A DNA stretch of 64,000 nucleotides, from assembly GCA_030390025.1 (NCBI GenBank), contig CM059425.1, forward strand, positions 166,286,001-166,350,000. Reading direction: 5' to 3'. This document shows, piece by piece, positions 12,772 through 24,900 of the stretch (position 1 is its first letter; each line of letters opens with the position of its first letter). The translations under genes and the position numbers were made by a program. The DNA is from Squalus acanthias (lineage: Eukaryota). The notes under the pieces are model-generated. The model searched no databases. It saw nothing but the letters and a program-made list of their open reading frames with translations, and was not told where the DNA came from.

Positions 12772-13913
12772 TTAACTATATCCAGCACTCTATCTAAAAC
12801 CTAATCGGAATAAATAGAATCAGCTTTATGCTGAATAATTTGGGTGGTAGATCAGTGGCCTCCTGTCACACGTGGGTTATTCTCCTTCTTAAATTCCATT
12901 ATGGTAATGTAGTGCATCTGCATTACCCAACAAGAGAGCAAAAATTCTGCAAATGGGGGAATGTAACTTCACGTGATTCTGGTGGGGTGGGGGAATAATC
13001 TGAGGCAGACAAGGGATTCGCTGGGTTTCTGCCCCTTTACAGAAAAGTTCAGAAATTGTGTTTGAGGAGGGGTGCTTCTTAGGTCCACTCCAGTAATATT
13101 GCTGGGCGTGCCTTTGAGGGTGTGTCTTGGGGAGTTCCCAGGCTACCCAAGGAATTTTGCCCAGAGTGCTCATGTTCAGCCCAGCAGGCATAGGTCCCAT
13201 TGTGGGTCTAAAGATCCAAGGCAAGCAGTAATCAATCCCATTTCTGAATGGTCCCTTAGCCTCCTGACATGCAAGATTTAACAAGTTGTGCAGCTCTTTC
13301 TTCAGAACTCAGGTGCTCCCTCACAGAGCAGGAGGATGGCAGTCCGAGTTCGGTCTCCTCAGTGAGGAGGGAGCTTCTGTTACATTGTTACAGACGTGGT
13401 TGCCTGCACAGAATATTAAAAAGACCCTGTCCTCAGGATTTGAGACAGCTTTAGTCGACTGATCACATTGAAGGGCACTTCTGCTCCCTTCAATAGATTG
13501 CGGATTTTTATCCTAAGTTATCCAACTGTATCTGCAATATTAATTGGTGAAAGGTTAAGAACATCTTCCAGTGTTTCTGTTGCTGGAATTGCCTTCAGGG
13601 AAATGCTCTGTCATCTCCACAGCCAGCACAGTGCTTTCAGTACTGTGCCATGTACTGTACAGAAAGCACTGATGCACCATGTTAGCATAATGTCCTGAAA
13701 GTATTTTCTGTGCTGCCTTTGGTGTTAGATATTTATACACCTCAGCTGCCATTTCAATATTAAGGCCTGGAAATCCAATAAGGCCCAAAAACGGGCGGTG
13801 CCACCGCGGGGCAAGGTTTGCTTGCGCCCGTAAAAAGATCGCAGGCAGCGCTGTTGTTTTGGTGCTGCCAGCTTTTTATCATTATTGTGGCGGTCAGCCT
13901 AGCAAGGACTCTG

Positions 13914-14490
13914 TGGGAGGTCGGGACTCGGGGCCAGTGTCGGGGGGAGGTCGGGACTCGGGGACAGTGTCGGGGGGGGTCGGGACTTGTGGCCAGTGTC
14001 TGGCGGGGGGGAATGTCGGGACTCGGGGACAGTGTCGGGGGGAGGTCGGGACTCGGGGCCAGTGTCGGGGGGAGGTCGGAACTCGGGGCCAGCACTGGGT
14101 GGAGGTCGGGACTCGGGGCCAGTGTCGGGGGGAGGTCGGGACTCGGGGCCAGCACCGGGGGGAGGTCGGGACTCGAGGCCAGCACCGGGGGTAGATCGGG
14201 ACTCGGGGCCAGTGTCGGGGGGAGGTCGGGACTCGGGGCCAGCACTGGGTGGAGGTCGGGACTCGGGGCCAGTGTCGGGGGGAGGTCGGGACTCGGGGCC
14301 AGCACCGGGGGGAGGTCGGGACTCGAGGCCAGCACCGGGGGGAGGTCGGGACTCGGGGCCAGTGTCGGGAGAAGTTCGGGACTCGGGGCCAGAGTCGGGG
14401 GGAGGTCGGGACTCAGGGCCAGCACCGGGGGGAGGTCGGGACTCGGGGCCAGCACCGGGGGGAGGTCGGGACTCGGGGCCAGCACCGGGG
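13914..14490. repeat. 30-bp G-rich minisatellite (GGGGGAGGTCGGGACTCGGGGCCAGTGTCG), ~19 copies
   Basis: Direct reading; variant units (..CAGCACCG, ..CAGCACTG) alternate; preceded by a Harbinger-like terminus at ~13763. Confidence 0.95.
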
Positions 14491-15660
14491 GATATGGATT
14501 TCTAAAAGGTGTTTGATAAAGTGCTACATAATAGGCTTGCCAGTAAAGTTGAAGCCCATGGAATAAGAGGGACAGTGGCAGCAGGGATACAAAATTGTCT
14601 AAGTGATAGGAAACTGAGAGTAGTGGTGAACGGTTGTTTATCGGACTGGAGGAAGGTACACAGTGGTGTTCCCCAGGGGTCGGTTCTAGGACCACTGCTT
14701 TTCTTGATATATATTAATGACTTGGATGTGGGTGTACAGGGCACAATTTCAAAATTTGCAGATGACACAAAACTTGGAAGTACAGTGAACAGTGAGGAGG
14801 ATAGGGATAGACTTCAAGAAGACATAGACAGGCTGGTGAAATGGGCGGACACGTGGCAGATGAAATTTAATGCAGAAAAGTGTGAAGTGATACATTTTGG
14901 TAGGAAGAATGAGGAGAGGCAATATAAACTAAAGGGTACAATTCTAAAGGGGGTGCATGAACAGAGAGACCTGGGGGTATATGTGCACAAATCGTTGAAG
15001 GTGGCAGGGCAGGTTGAGAAAGCGGTTAAAAAAGCATACGGGATCCTGGGCTTCATAAATAGAGGCATAGAGTACAAAAGCAAGGAAGTTATGATGAACC
15101 TTTATAAAACACTGGTTCGGCCCCAACTGGAGTATTGTGTCCAATTCTGGGCACGGCACTTTAGGAAGAATGTGAAGGCCATAGAGAGGGTGCAGAAAAG
15201 ATTTAGGAGAATGATTCCAGGGATGAGGGACTTCAGTTACGTGGATAGACTAGAGAAGCTACGGTTGTTCTCCTTAGAGCAGAGAAGGTTGAGAGGAGAT
15301 TTCACAAGGGGTCTAGACAGAGTAGATAGAGAAAAACTGTTCCCATTGGCGGAAGGGTCGAGAACCAGAGGACACAGATTTAAGGTGATTGACAAAAGAA
15401 TCAAAGGCGACAAGAGGAAAAACTTTTTTACGCAGGGAGTGGTTAGGATCTGGAATGCACTGCCTGAAAGGGAGGTGGAGGCAGACTCAATTGTGGCTTT
15501 CAAAAGGGAATTGGATAAGTACCTGAAGGAAAAAAATTTGCAGGGCTACGGGGAAAGGGCGGGGGAGTGGGACTAGCTGAAGTGTTCTTGCAGTGAGCCG
15601 ACATGAGCTCGATGGGCCGAATGGTCTCCTTCTGTGGTGTAACCATTCTATGATTCTAAA
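14491..15660 (+). mobile_element. 5'-truncated CR1 LINE with an open RT C-terminal frame (355 aa)
   Basis: [27 protein letters not shown]; (ATTCTATG)n tail. Confidence 0.95.
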
Positions 15661-15664
15661 TATT

Positions 15665-16455
15665 GGGAAGACCGAAGCCATTGTCTTCGGTCCCCGCTAC
15701 AAACTCCGTTCCTAGCCACCAACTCTATCCCTCTCCCTAGCAACTCTCTGAGGCTGAACCAAACCATTCGCAACCTTGGTGTTGTGTTTGACACTGACTT
15801 GAGCATCCGACCACATAGCTGTGCCATCACTAAGACCGCCTATTTCCACCTCTGGAACATCACCCGACACCGCCCCTGTCCAAGCTCAACTTTGCTGAAA
15901 CCCTCATCCATGTCTTTGTTACCTCTAGATTTGATTATTCCAATGCACTCCTGGCCAGCCTCCCACATTCTAACCTCAATAAACTTGAAGTCATCCAAAA
16001 CTCTGCTGCCCATGTCCTAACTCGTATCAAGTCCCATTCAACCATCATGCCTGTGCTCACTGACCTACATTGGCTCCCGGTTAAGCAACACCTCGATTTT
16101 AAAATTCTCATCTTTGTTTTCAAATCCCTCCATGGCCTCGCCCCTCTGAGATATCTGCGCTCCTCTATTTCTGGCCTCTTGAGCATCCCCAATTTTAATC
16201 GCTCCACCATTGGTGGCCGTGCCTTCAGCTGCCTAGGCCCTAAGTTCTGGAAATCCCTCCCTAAACCTCTCTGCCTCTCTACCTCTCTTTCCTTCTTTAA
16301 GACACTCCTTAAAACCTACCTCTTTGACCAAGCCCTAATATCTGCTTATGTGGCTCAGTGTCAAATTTTGTTTTCTAACGCTCCTGTGTAGTGACTTGGG
16401 ACGTTTTACTACATCAAAGGTGCTATATAAATGCAAATTGTTGTTGTTGTTGTTA
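15665..16455 (+). mobile_element. L2 LINE 3' fragment
   Basis: KTAYFHL, LHWLPVKQHLDFKILIFVFKSLHGLAP; (GTT)n tail. Confidence 0.9.
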
Positions 16456-17299
16456 AATTGGTTTGAAATTATTTATAAGGTTGTCACAATAACATGGAGA
16501 TAACATTCCATCACTCCCCCAAGTTCAGTAAAGCATTATTTTTCTCCTTCCTTATACCTCAGGTCACTGTGGCATTCTTCTCCCCATCTCCCTCAATCAA
16601 GCGTGTACTCTCCCCCAAGTTCAAGGCTGCACTCTACTTCCTCTTTAGTTCATGCTGACAATCTCCTTTCTCTTCCCCCTCAGTTCAAACTGTAACTCTT
16701 CTCACCACCCCCCTTCCTTCAGTTACTCTTCTTTATCCTCCTCCCAAGTTGAAGCTGGTGCTCTTCGCCCTCCCCACAGCTCAGGCCGGCACTCCTCCTC
16801 ATGCCGGTCATACTGACACTGTCCCTACTTCCCCAGCTCCTGCCTCCTGTTATTGTTCCAGAAAACTGAACAATGCTGCATGCTGTGGGTGGGAATTCCT
16901 GACCTCATGAGGTTTCCTACTCACAGTGTGTAACGGCATTCCATCCCTTGGAACAGCAAGAGAAGCTAGGAACCAGGAGCAGTTGGAGGGGAGGAACCTG
17001 AAGCAGTGTGGAGGAGTGAGTTGGGGGCGGCGCTGGTTTTCATATGCCAACGCAGACAAGTGGACACTATCCAGAAAATGCTGAGTGCTCCCATGAAAAG
17101 TGGAGAGTTGGCATGTGTTGCAGTGTGGTCCTTTTCCATGTGCCATCTTGTTGCATCTCTGAGAGAGACTGTCAATTTAGGCCAGTTAGTGCCGAATTAG
17201 GGATGTTTTTTGTGATTTGGGCTCATACTGAGTAGGAAATGATTGAAACTGCCCAAACTCATGTTACATAGGAGTCTTACAACTAGCAGACAGAGTTAG

Positions 17300-17840
17300 G
17301 CCACAGTTACAATGTTGTGTCCAGCTTTGCGCACCCTACTTTAGGGAAAAATCGAGACCATGGAGAAGCCTCCGAAGAGATATACTCTGATACTAGAGAG
17401 AAGAGACTTTAATCCTGAGAGAAGACTAGAAAAACTGGGGCTCTTTTCACCAGAACAGAAGGTTAAAAGGAGACCTGATAGAAATGTCGAACTTGTGAGG
17501 GGATTTTGATAAGGTAGATAGGGCAAAACTATTTCGACTGCTCAGTGTGCCAGTGACTAGAGGGCAGAAATTTAAGATCATTATCAAAAAATGAAGAGAG
17601 AAGTTAGGAGATTTTATTTACACGGAGGGTTGTTAGGATATGGAATGCCCTATCAAAAAAGTGATGGACACAGAATTTACTTTCGAAAAGGGAAGTAAAT
17701 GAATATTTGAAAAAATAAAAATTTGAAAGGGTATAAGGGAAAGGCAGAAAAATTAGACTAAGTGGATAACTCTTTCAGAGAGCTGGCACAGGTACAATGG
17801 GTCAAATGGCTTACTGTGCTATAAAGTTCTGTAACTCTGA
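17300..17840 (+). mobile_element. Old degenerate CR1 3' fragment
   Basis: Decayed similarity to the other CR1 3' ends (ACTAGAGGGCAGAAATTTAAG, GGAATGCCCT). Confidence 0.7.
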
Positions 17841-18914
17841 CCATCATTTTTTCAGTTGTAGCTAGATTTGAATCCAGGTCCCGAAGTGAAAGACCAATGT
17901 CCAGTCCACTGCATCAAGTACTTAAAATTCCTCTTAGGGTATTGTTTTTAAAAACATTATCAGGGCAAATTTTCCTATTACTGCACCCGGGTGCGTTGGA
18001 TTGCCTGCGCAGTGAATGGAGGAGAATCAAGTGAGGAGATCTCTTTCTATTGATCTCCCTGTGCCACACATCATCAGTGCCTGAGAGGGTGACTTGGCTC
18101 TGGACCCTGTCAATGCCAGTGGGAGGTGTGCAGGAATACCTCAGTGTGACTGTTTCATTTTCTTCTGCCTCCTTGCCAGTCCTCTGCACGTCATCTACAC
18201 AAACACTATAACTGACATTGGAAACTAAACATACAGGAATACACGGTGCACCATTTTGGTGCTCTGACATACAATGTCACCACAAAGCCCTTTGCTATTA
18301 TCATTTCTAAACATACAGTAAGGAAAATCAGCTCCCCATCATCGGTTTTACATTCAGTGTGCCTCGATGAGGAAAATCTGGTTGTTGACTCTTAAGCCTG
18401 GCTGAGTAAAATCAGGCAGTTAACTCTGGGGTTGCTCTGAGAGAAGTCTAGGATGGTAATAAAAGATTAGGTAAGAAAAGGAAAGACAGAGGAGGACACA
18501 CTGAGATAAGAGGTACACTAATTAACTGGTCTATTCCATAGAGATTGTAACCAGCAGGTAACTTTGGGAAATCAATTTAGCAGAAAATGAAAACTGCTAA
18601 AACAAGAAACCTTAAACAGATACACCCTACAGCAATACAGACTGAAAGTGAAACTGAAACTAACACAAGTTGCACTGGGCCCTCCCTGCGTCATGTGATT
18701 TATTAGAGTTATAAAAGGAGCAGAGTGGTTGCTGGTTTGGGAGCACTGATTTAATGGCAGCTGTGTCACTATAATTTTTACATAGAGAATTTATGCAAAC
18801 CACACAAGCTGCACACAGTATGCAGCTATTCGGTTTCTTATAGTCATACTTATTTTAGCTTCTTTGACATTCACATTGGAAAAGAGCAGAGTTTTTATTA
18901 AGGTTTAAAGCACT

Positions 18915-19095
18915 GGGGGTGAAGTTGGTCTTTGGCTGTTAACAGGCTCACAGCGAATTGGCAGGCTGTTTTACACTGCACCCGATCTTTGCTTCTATTG
19001 GCTTCAATGGAAGCGAAAATCAGACAATGCGTAAAATCAGCTGCCGATTCGCTATGAGCCCATTTTGCACTACTGGCGAAGACCATTTCACTCCC
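18915..19095. mobile_element. Palindromic MITE, same family as 3409-3581
   Basis: TIRs GGGGGTGAAGTTGGTCTT/AAGACCATTTCACTCCC; shared centre CTTCAATGGAA; flanks ACT/ATT. Confidence 0.75.
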
Positions 19096-19322
19096 ATTAT
19101 ATGCAGCAGCATTCAGCAGTTCAACCTCCTGCTTGCAAAACTCCAACTTCTGACTCCTGGTGATGGCCGGCTGGAACAGTTAGCACAGATTCAAAATGGA
19201 ATGAGGCAGAGGTAGAAAAGGTGAGGGAACAGCTGACCATTACCACTACTCACGGTGCCAGCCCATGGTGCATGTTAGCTACAGGTGTGCTTGCAGCAGA
19301 AAACACAGCTCTGAACCTACCT

Positions 19323-19444
19323 ACAACAAATACAAAAAGAAAATACTGCAGATGCTGGAAATCGGAAATAAAAACAGAAAATGCTGGAGATACTCAGCAG
19401 GTCAGGCAGCATCTGTGAAGAGAGAAACAGAGTTAACGTTAACT
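19323..19444 (-). mobile_element. Penelope terminal fragment
   Basis: Reverse complement of ~41890-42003; flanked by CTGAACC(T/C)ACCT direct repeat. Confidence 0.75.
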
Positions 19445-19782
19445 GAGTTAACTGAACCCACCTCCCCAGTGAGTCAGGATTTCAGCAGACAGAGCGGCCA
19501 GATCCCAACATGTGTACGTCTGCCTGGAACTGTGGTGAGTGGGGCGGATACAGTCTGCCTACAGACTCACCTGGTTGGCATACCTTTGTTGGTTCCCCTT
19601 GTCTTTCTCCCAGACACATAAGTCAAGGGGCATTTCCCATAAAACAACCCATTCCAAAAAAATAGGAGTGCCAAAGCATTTGCAGCTAAGTGCTGCCAGG
19701 ATTTTTAAAAAGGAACTAAAACCCACATAAATACTGCAATAGTTTTTTTTATAAACCTCTTTAACTGAAGGTTCATAAACTT

Positions 19783-21057
19783 AGGGTTAGAAATTCGGTG
19801 CATTTGCGCCTCTCGTTAGCGCTCCACCTCCCTCTTGGGGCGCTAAAACTGAATTAGCGATCGCCGGCGCTGTTTTTCACCGGGCGCTAGATTTAGTGCC
19901 CAGGCGATGTTAGCCACCCAAACTTTTCCCCTAGTCTCTAGCAACCTGGATGCGTATTTTACAAGGGCGGGTTTATGACGCAGTGTTATTCAAACACTTA
20001 GGGCTGGATTTTACAAACCTCGGCAGGTCCGTGGCGGGCGACGCCGGTGGCGGGTCCCGGCCTCGCTGCCAGCTCCAGCCCGCTGTCCAAAATGATTTCC
20101 CCCTGATTGGGCTTGTTAAGCCCGCCCAGCGCGTTTGCTGGCCAATTGAAGGAAGCGGGTCTGATGATGTCATTCGATGACACGTCATCAGCCGATTTCC
20201 TTAAAGGGACCATGCGCAAATTTAGTTTGACATTTGTGCTGTCAGTGTTCTACAGCATTGAGGTGCTGCAAACACTGACAAGCACTGCACAGAGGTGCAC
20301 AGCTGCACCCAGGCTCTCCCATGACTCCCTCCATATGCTTTATGCGGGCATCTAAGTGATATCATGCGGCCTAATTTAAATATTACACTGGGAAATGGGT
20401 GCGTGCTTTATGCACCACTTGAAAACCCAACTAGAAATTTAAGTGGGGCACTAAATAGACAGAAACAAGGCGGAACTGGTCTCTACTGATATTTCCCACT
20501 TCATGGGGTGGAAATTGGTCTTTGTTGCGACCATTTTCTAGGAGGAAACGGGGCAAAAATGACCAATTTTGGGCACAATGACCCATGTTCGATCAGCACC
20601 TGCGTTACGGGCACCCTCATATTTGTGTAGGCATTGCTGATCAGTGGAGCAGATGCCAGGCCTGTTCTGCTTAGGGTTCTTTAGTGGCCTGTGCAGCTGC
20701 CAATGAAATGTAAGTTTTTTTAATGTATCATTAATTGTTGCTGTGGAGCCAGGAAGAGTAGGAATGCTCCCCTGATTCTGCAGCACTCATGATTGGACCC
20801 CCAGCCATTGCCGCTTCATATCCCCCTCCCTGGATTTACCTTCGAACTGCTGCCGGCGAAGCATGCAGCCTGATATTCATCTCCTCAACTGGGCGAGCTG
20901 CCTGTGGAAGTGTGATAGACATTGCCAGCTTGCCTAAAGGATTGAAATGAGGCCCAAGGCCCAATTTCGGGCCGGTCTCGGGCCTCCTGGCTGGGGCATG
21001 CACTGATGGCGTGCCGCTGGTTATGGACCTGAAAACTGGCCGTAACCAATTTCCATC
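19783..21057. mobile_element. Cluster of Harbinger-type ends and non-autonomous elements
   Basis: 20001-20345 matches 9149-9490; TIR pair GGTGGAAATTGGT (~20507) / ACCAATTTCCATC (~21045). Confidence 0.65.
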
Positions 21058-21146
21058 AGTATGTCTGTTTATTGAGTTTAATCAGTCAGAGAATCTGCCC
21101 CATTCCCAGATACTGATTATTAAGGGCATGTCTCTTAATTACATAC

Positions 21147-21164
21147 TCAAACTGGTGAAAAATA
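21147..21164 (-). CDS. Candidate 18-nt microexon of the host gene (IFHQFE)
   Basis: Acceptor ...atttccctttgtcag, donor TGA|gtatgt; symmetric phase 2-2, open in the required frame. Confidence 0.5.
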   Translation of the reverse strand, partial: YFSPV

Positions 21165-21915
21165 CTGACAAAGGGAAATCCATAAGTAATTACACATTGA
21201 GCAAGGCAAGTTAAATCAAAGAAGTATTTCTCAACAGGTAGAATGTTGAGACATGGTTTGGAACTGAATTAACTGTACAGACTGGATGAGATCCTAGGTC
21301 TTTATTGTTATCTGATCTCAGCCAAGGTAAATGTGAGAGTGTTGCAATGGAACGGTACATCATTCGGATGGGGAGGGGGAATCAGACAGTTTCCATTCAT
21401 GTGTATAAATTGTGTTATCCAGTGACCCTTGCTGGAAGGTACATGTGTGTTGATGTGTGAGAAGGAGTGGGAGCTGAGCGAGAGCTGAGCGAGATATAAA
21501 GCGAGGCGGCAGAGGAGGCCCGAGACCAGAAGGAGAGGGAGCTGAGAACAACTCAAACACAGCCAGAAATTGAAAGAGTGACGTCAAAGTGATGTCAAAA
21601 TCAATGCAGAGAGAAAGTAGTGGCAGAATCCGAGGGAACTAAGATCAGGCTTGAGGATAAGTATTAAGTAGTTTTAGCATCTGAACAATTAGTTCAAGAA
21701 TCGGAGAGCCTGGAGGTGAGGGAGCGCGAGCGTCAGGGAAAGAGGTAAGGAACACCTAAAGTGACATCAGCACAAGGGAAGGAGATGATTGGTGAGTAGC
21801 TGGTGAGTGTTTTTTTTTTCTCCAGATCAGATCAGGGACAAGCCTTAAGTTTATTTCTGGTAAGTTTAGGTAATAGACTAATAAATAGAGGCATTTAAAA
21901 TTTTTCCAGTGCTTT

Positions 21916-24900
21916 TGTGGTAACACAATACAGCTTCCTGTGACTCGAACTTTATTGCATCACTTCCTGTGATTAGTCCAGGGTAAATACTGGACTGAGC
22001 AGTTGGATCCTGGAGAGGCATAGAGTAAGACCTCTTTTGTATGTAGCACCTTTTTAGTTGATTAAAGCTTACTTTAAGTTCACCACGCGTAAGGCTCATT
22101 CTTACGACAATTTAATCAACTTTGAAAAACTTCGCACTCAAACTTTTTGGACGAACTCGGAACTAAGGATCCAGGGAATCACCCATCATGGAAAACATCC
22201 TTAAACCATCGCGTCTTGACTTGGACCCAAACACCCCAGCAGCCGGTAAGGTGTGGAAACACTGGTATCGCACGTTTGACAATTTTCTCGAATATTGCAA
22301 GGCTGATGATGACACAAAGTTGCGGATACTCATCAACTGTGTCACTCCGAATGTATTTCAGTATGTTGAGGAATGGGGCAGTTACGAGGAGGCAATTCGG
22401 ACGCTTAAAAGACTATATACTAAGACACCGAATGAGGTCTATGCCAGACATCTACTAGCTACAGCCCAACAAGGGCCGGAGGAATCCATTGATAAATTCC
22501 TCCAAGAGCTTCGCAGACTTAGTATGGACTGTAACTTTCAGGCGGCCTCAGCTGAGCTGTACCGTGAAGAAATGATCCGTGATGCTTTCATCTGCGGGCT
22601 TGCCTCCCCATTTATACGCCAGCGTCTACTGGAAAGTAAGACACTTGAGCTTCAGAGAGCTTATGACATGGCTTGCTCTCTAGATCTGGCAAAAAGAAAT
22701 GCAGACCTTTATACAGTGCCCAGACCTCGGTCTGCTGCCTTAACTACAGTCAGGCAATTTAAGAGGCCACAGGTGAACTCTATTAGGGAGGACTTTATCC
22801 CTGACGATCAATCTGATGACTTCACTGATGAAGAGGATGATGACCCCACTGTGGCAGCCTCTTGGCAATCTAAGAAATGCTTCTTTTGTGGTGATGAGTT
22901 TCACCCTCGGAAATTCTGCCCTGCTCGCAATGCGTTTTGCAGTCATTGCAACAAAAAGGGTCATTTTGCAAAGGTTTGCCTATCAAGAGCCTCTACGAGG
23001 GCTTATCAAGCTAAGTCCTACCGAACTGCCCCAGTAAGGGCCTATCAAGATGTTCCGGCTAAAATCTATCGTGCTTCCTCTCGGGTTTTCTCTCGAAGAA
23101 ACACACCTAGAGTTTCAGCCACTCTTTGTGCAACGACACCAATTACAGCTGCTTGTCCTCAGAACCTATTCCATGCAGCTACAAAAGCATCAATTAATGG
23201 ACATACTTTAGATGCCTTAATTGACTCAGGTAGCACTGATAGTTTCATTAGGGAACAGATTGTTGCAGAGTTAAAGCTACATGTTTTCCCATCGGACCAG
23301 GCAATTGCGATGGCTCAGTCATCACTTAATACCAGAATTTCTGGCTTTTGTATGGTTGAAATAACACTTAATGGTCACAGGTATCCCTCCACCCGGCTTT
23401 CGGTGCTCAAGGACTTATGTAGTGATCTTATCTTAGGGCTGGATTTTCAAAAGCAGCATAAGAAGCTCACCATTGAGTTCGGCGGATCCAAACCTGAACT
23501 CACTATTTCTAATATACGACCTCGATTACCGTTCTGTGCATTGTCAGCAGCTTCACTGGATGAACCCTCACTGTTTACCAGTATCCCTCCTCGATGCAAA
23601 CCGATTATAACAAAGTCACGACGTTTCAGTCAGGAAGACCAGTCTTTTATTGCGGCTGAGATTTCTCGGCTTTTAGCAGAGGATATCATCGAGCCTTGTT
23701 CGTCGCCATGGCGCGCCCAGCTCGTTATTGTTAAGAACCCTCTACAACCTCACAAGAAACGGCTGTGCATTGACTATTCACAGACCATCAATCAATATAC
23801 GGACTTGGACGCATACCCATTGCCGCGCATCGATGATATGGTTAATAAACTGGCTGAGTACACGGTGTTCTCAACATATGATCTGAAAAGTGCCTATCAT
23901 CAGGTACCCTTGAAGGTCTCAGACAAGCAGTATACGGCCTTTGAAGCCAATGGACGGCTGTATCAATTTTGTCGCCTCCCCTTTGGGGTCACTAATGGAG
24001 TGGCTGTCTTCCAGCGAGCAATGGATGACCTGGTCAAACAGGAAGACTTGAAGGATACGTTTCCTTATCTGGACAATATTACTGTCGCAGGTCGCAATCA
24101 GCGGGAACATGACGCCAATCTCCAACGATTTTGGGATGCACTCCAGCACCGTAATTTGACATTAAATGCGGCTAAATCCATTGAGTCACAACCAACCATC
24201 AACATCCTTGGCTATTGTGTGGGCAATGGCATCATTAAACCTGACCCTGAAAGGCTTCTCCCACTCCAAGAGCTCCCGCCACCTAAGAATCCGGCCTCCT
24301 TGCGCCGGGCCCTCGGCCTGTTTGCATACTATGCTAAATGGATTCCTAACTTCTCGGACCGAATCCAACCTCTACTGAAGGCCAGCACATTCCCACTAGA
24401 CACAGCGGCTGTTGCAGCCTTTAACCTCCTGAAAAAACAGTTGGAGAAAGCGGCTCTTCACTCCATCGATGAGAGTCTTCCTTTTGTTGTTGAGTGTGAT
24501 GCCTCGGAGGTGGCGATCTCGGCCACTCTGAATCAGGAAGGTCGTCCGGTGGCATTTTTGTCCAGGACTTTTCAAGGGGCTGAGCTACATTATCCTCCAG
24601 TCGAGAAAGAAGCTACAGCCATCATAGAGGCAGTACGGAAGTGGACTCATCTCCTAGCTCGCCAGCACTTTACCTTAATCACGGACCAGCGATCGGTCGC
24701 CTTCATGCTCGATAATCGAATACGGACCAAAATTAAAAATAATAAATCCAGCTTTGGCGGCTGGAATTGGCCTCTTTTGGTTACACCATCCACTATCGAC
24801 CTGGCAAGGAGAATGTGGCTCCGGATACCCTCACACGAGCATTCTGCTCCGCCATGGCACCCTCTACGCTCGTAGACATCCATGATGGGTTGTGTCATCC

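Noticed and set aside
13760..14695. Long Pro-rich and Gly-rich ORFs (311 and 232 aa)
   Set aside because: They are translations of the 30-bp stop-free minisatellite, open in many frames.
16500..16850. Pyrimidine-rich tract with recurring CCCCAAGTTCA-like units
   Set aside because: Looks like a decayed low-complexity tandem repeat with no supportable function.
18140..18194. Exon-like 55-nt segment (DDVQRTGKEAEENETVTL)
   Set aside because: Splice sites are weaker, and entry in phase 2 as required by the upstream exons gives an immediate TGA. It could only be a poison exon or part of a different model.
24740..24770. Programmed ribosomal frameshift between RNase H and integrase
   Set aside because: Element B is continuous at this position, and a single missing A explains the break.
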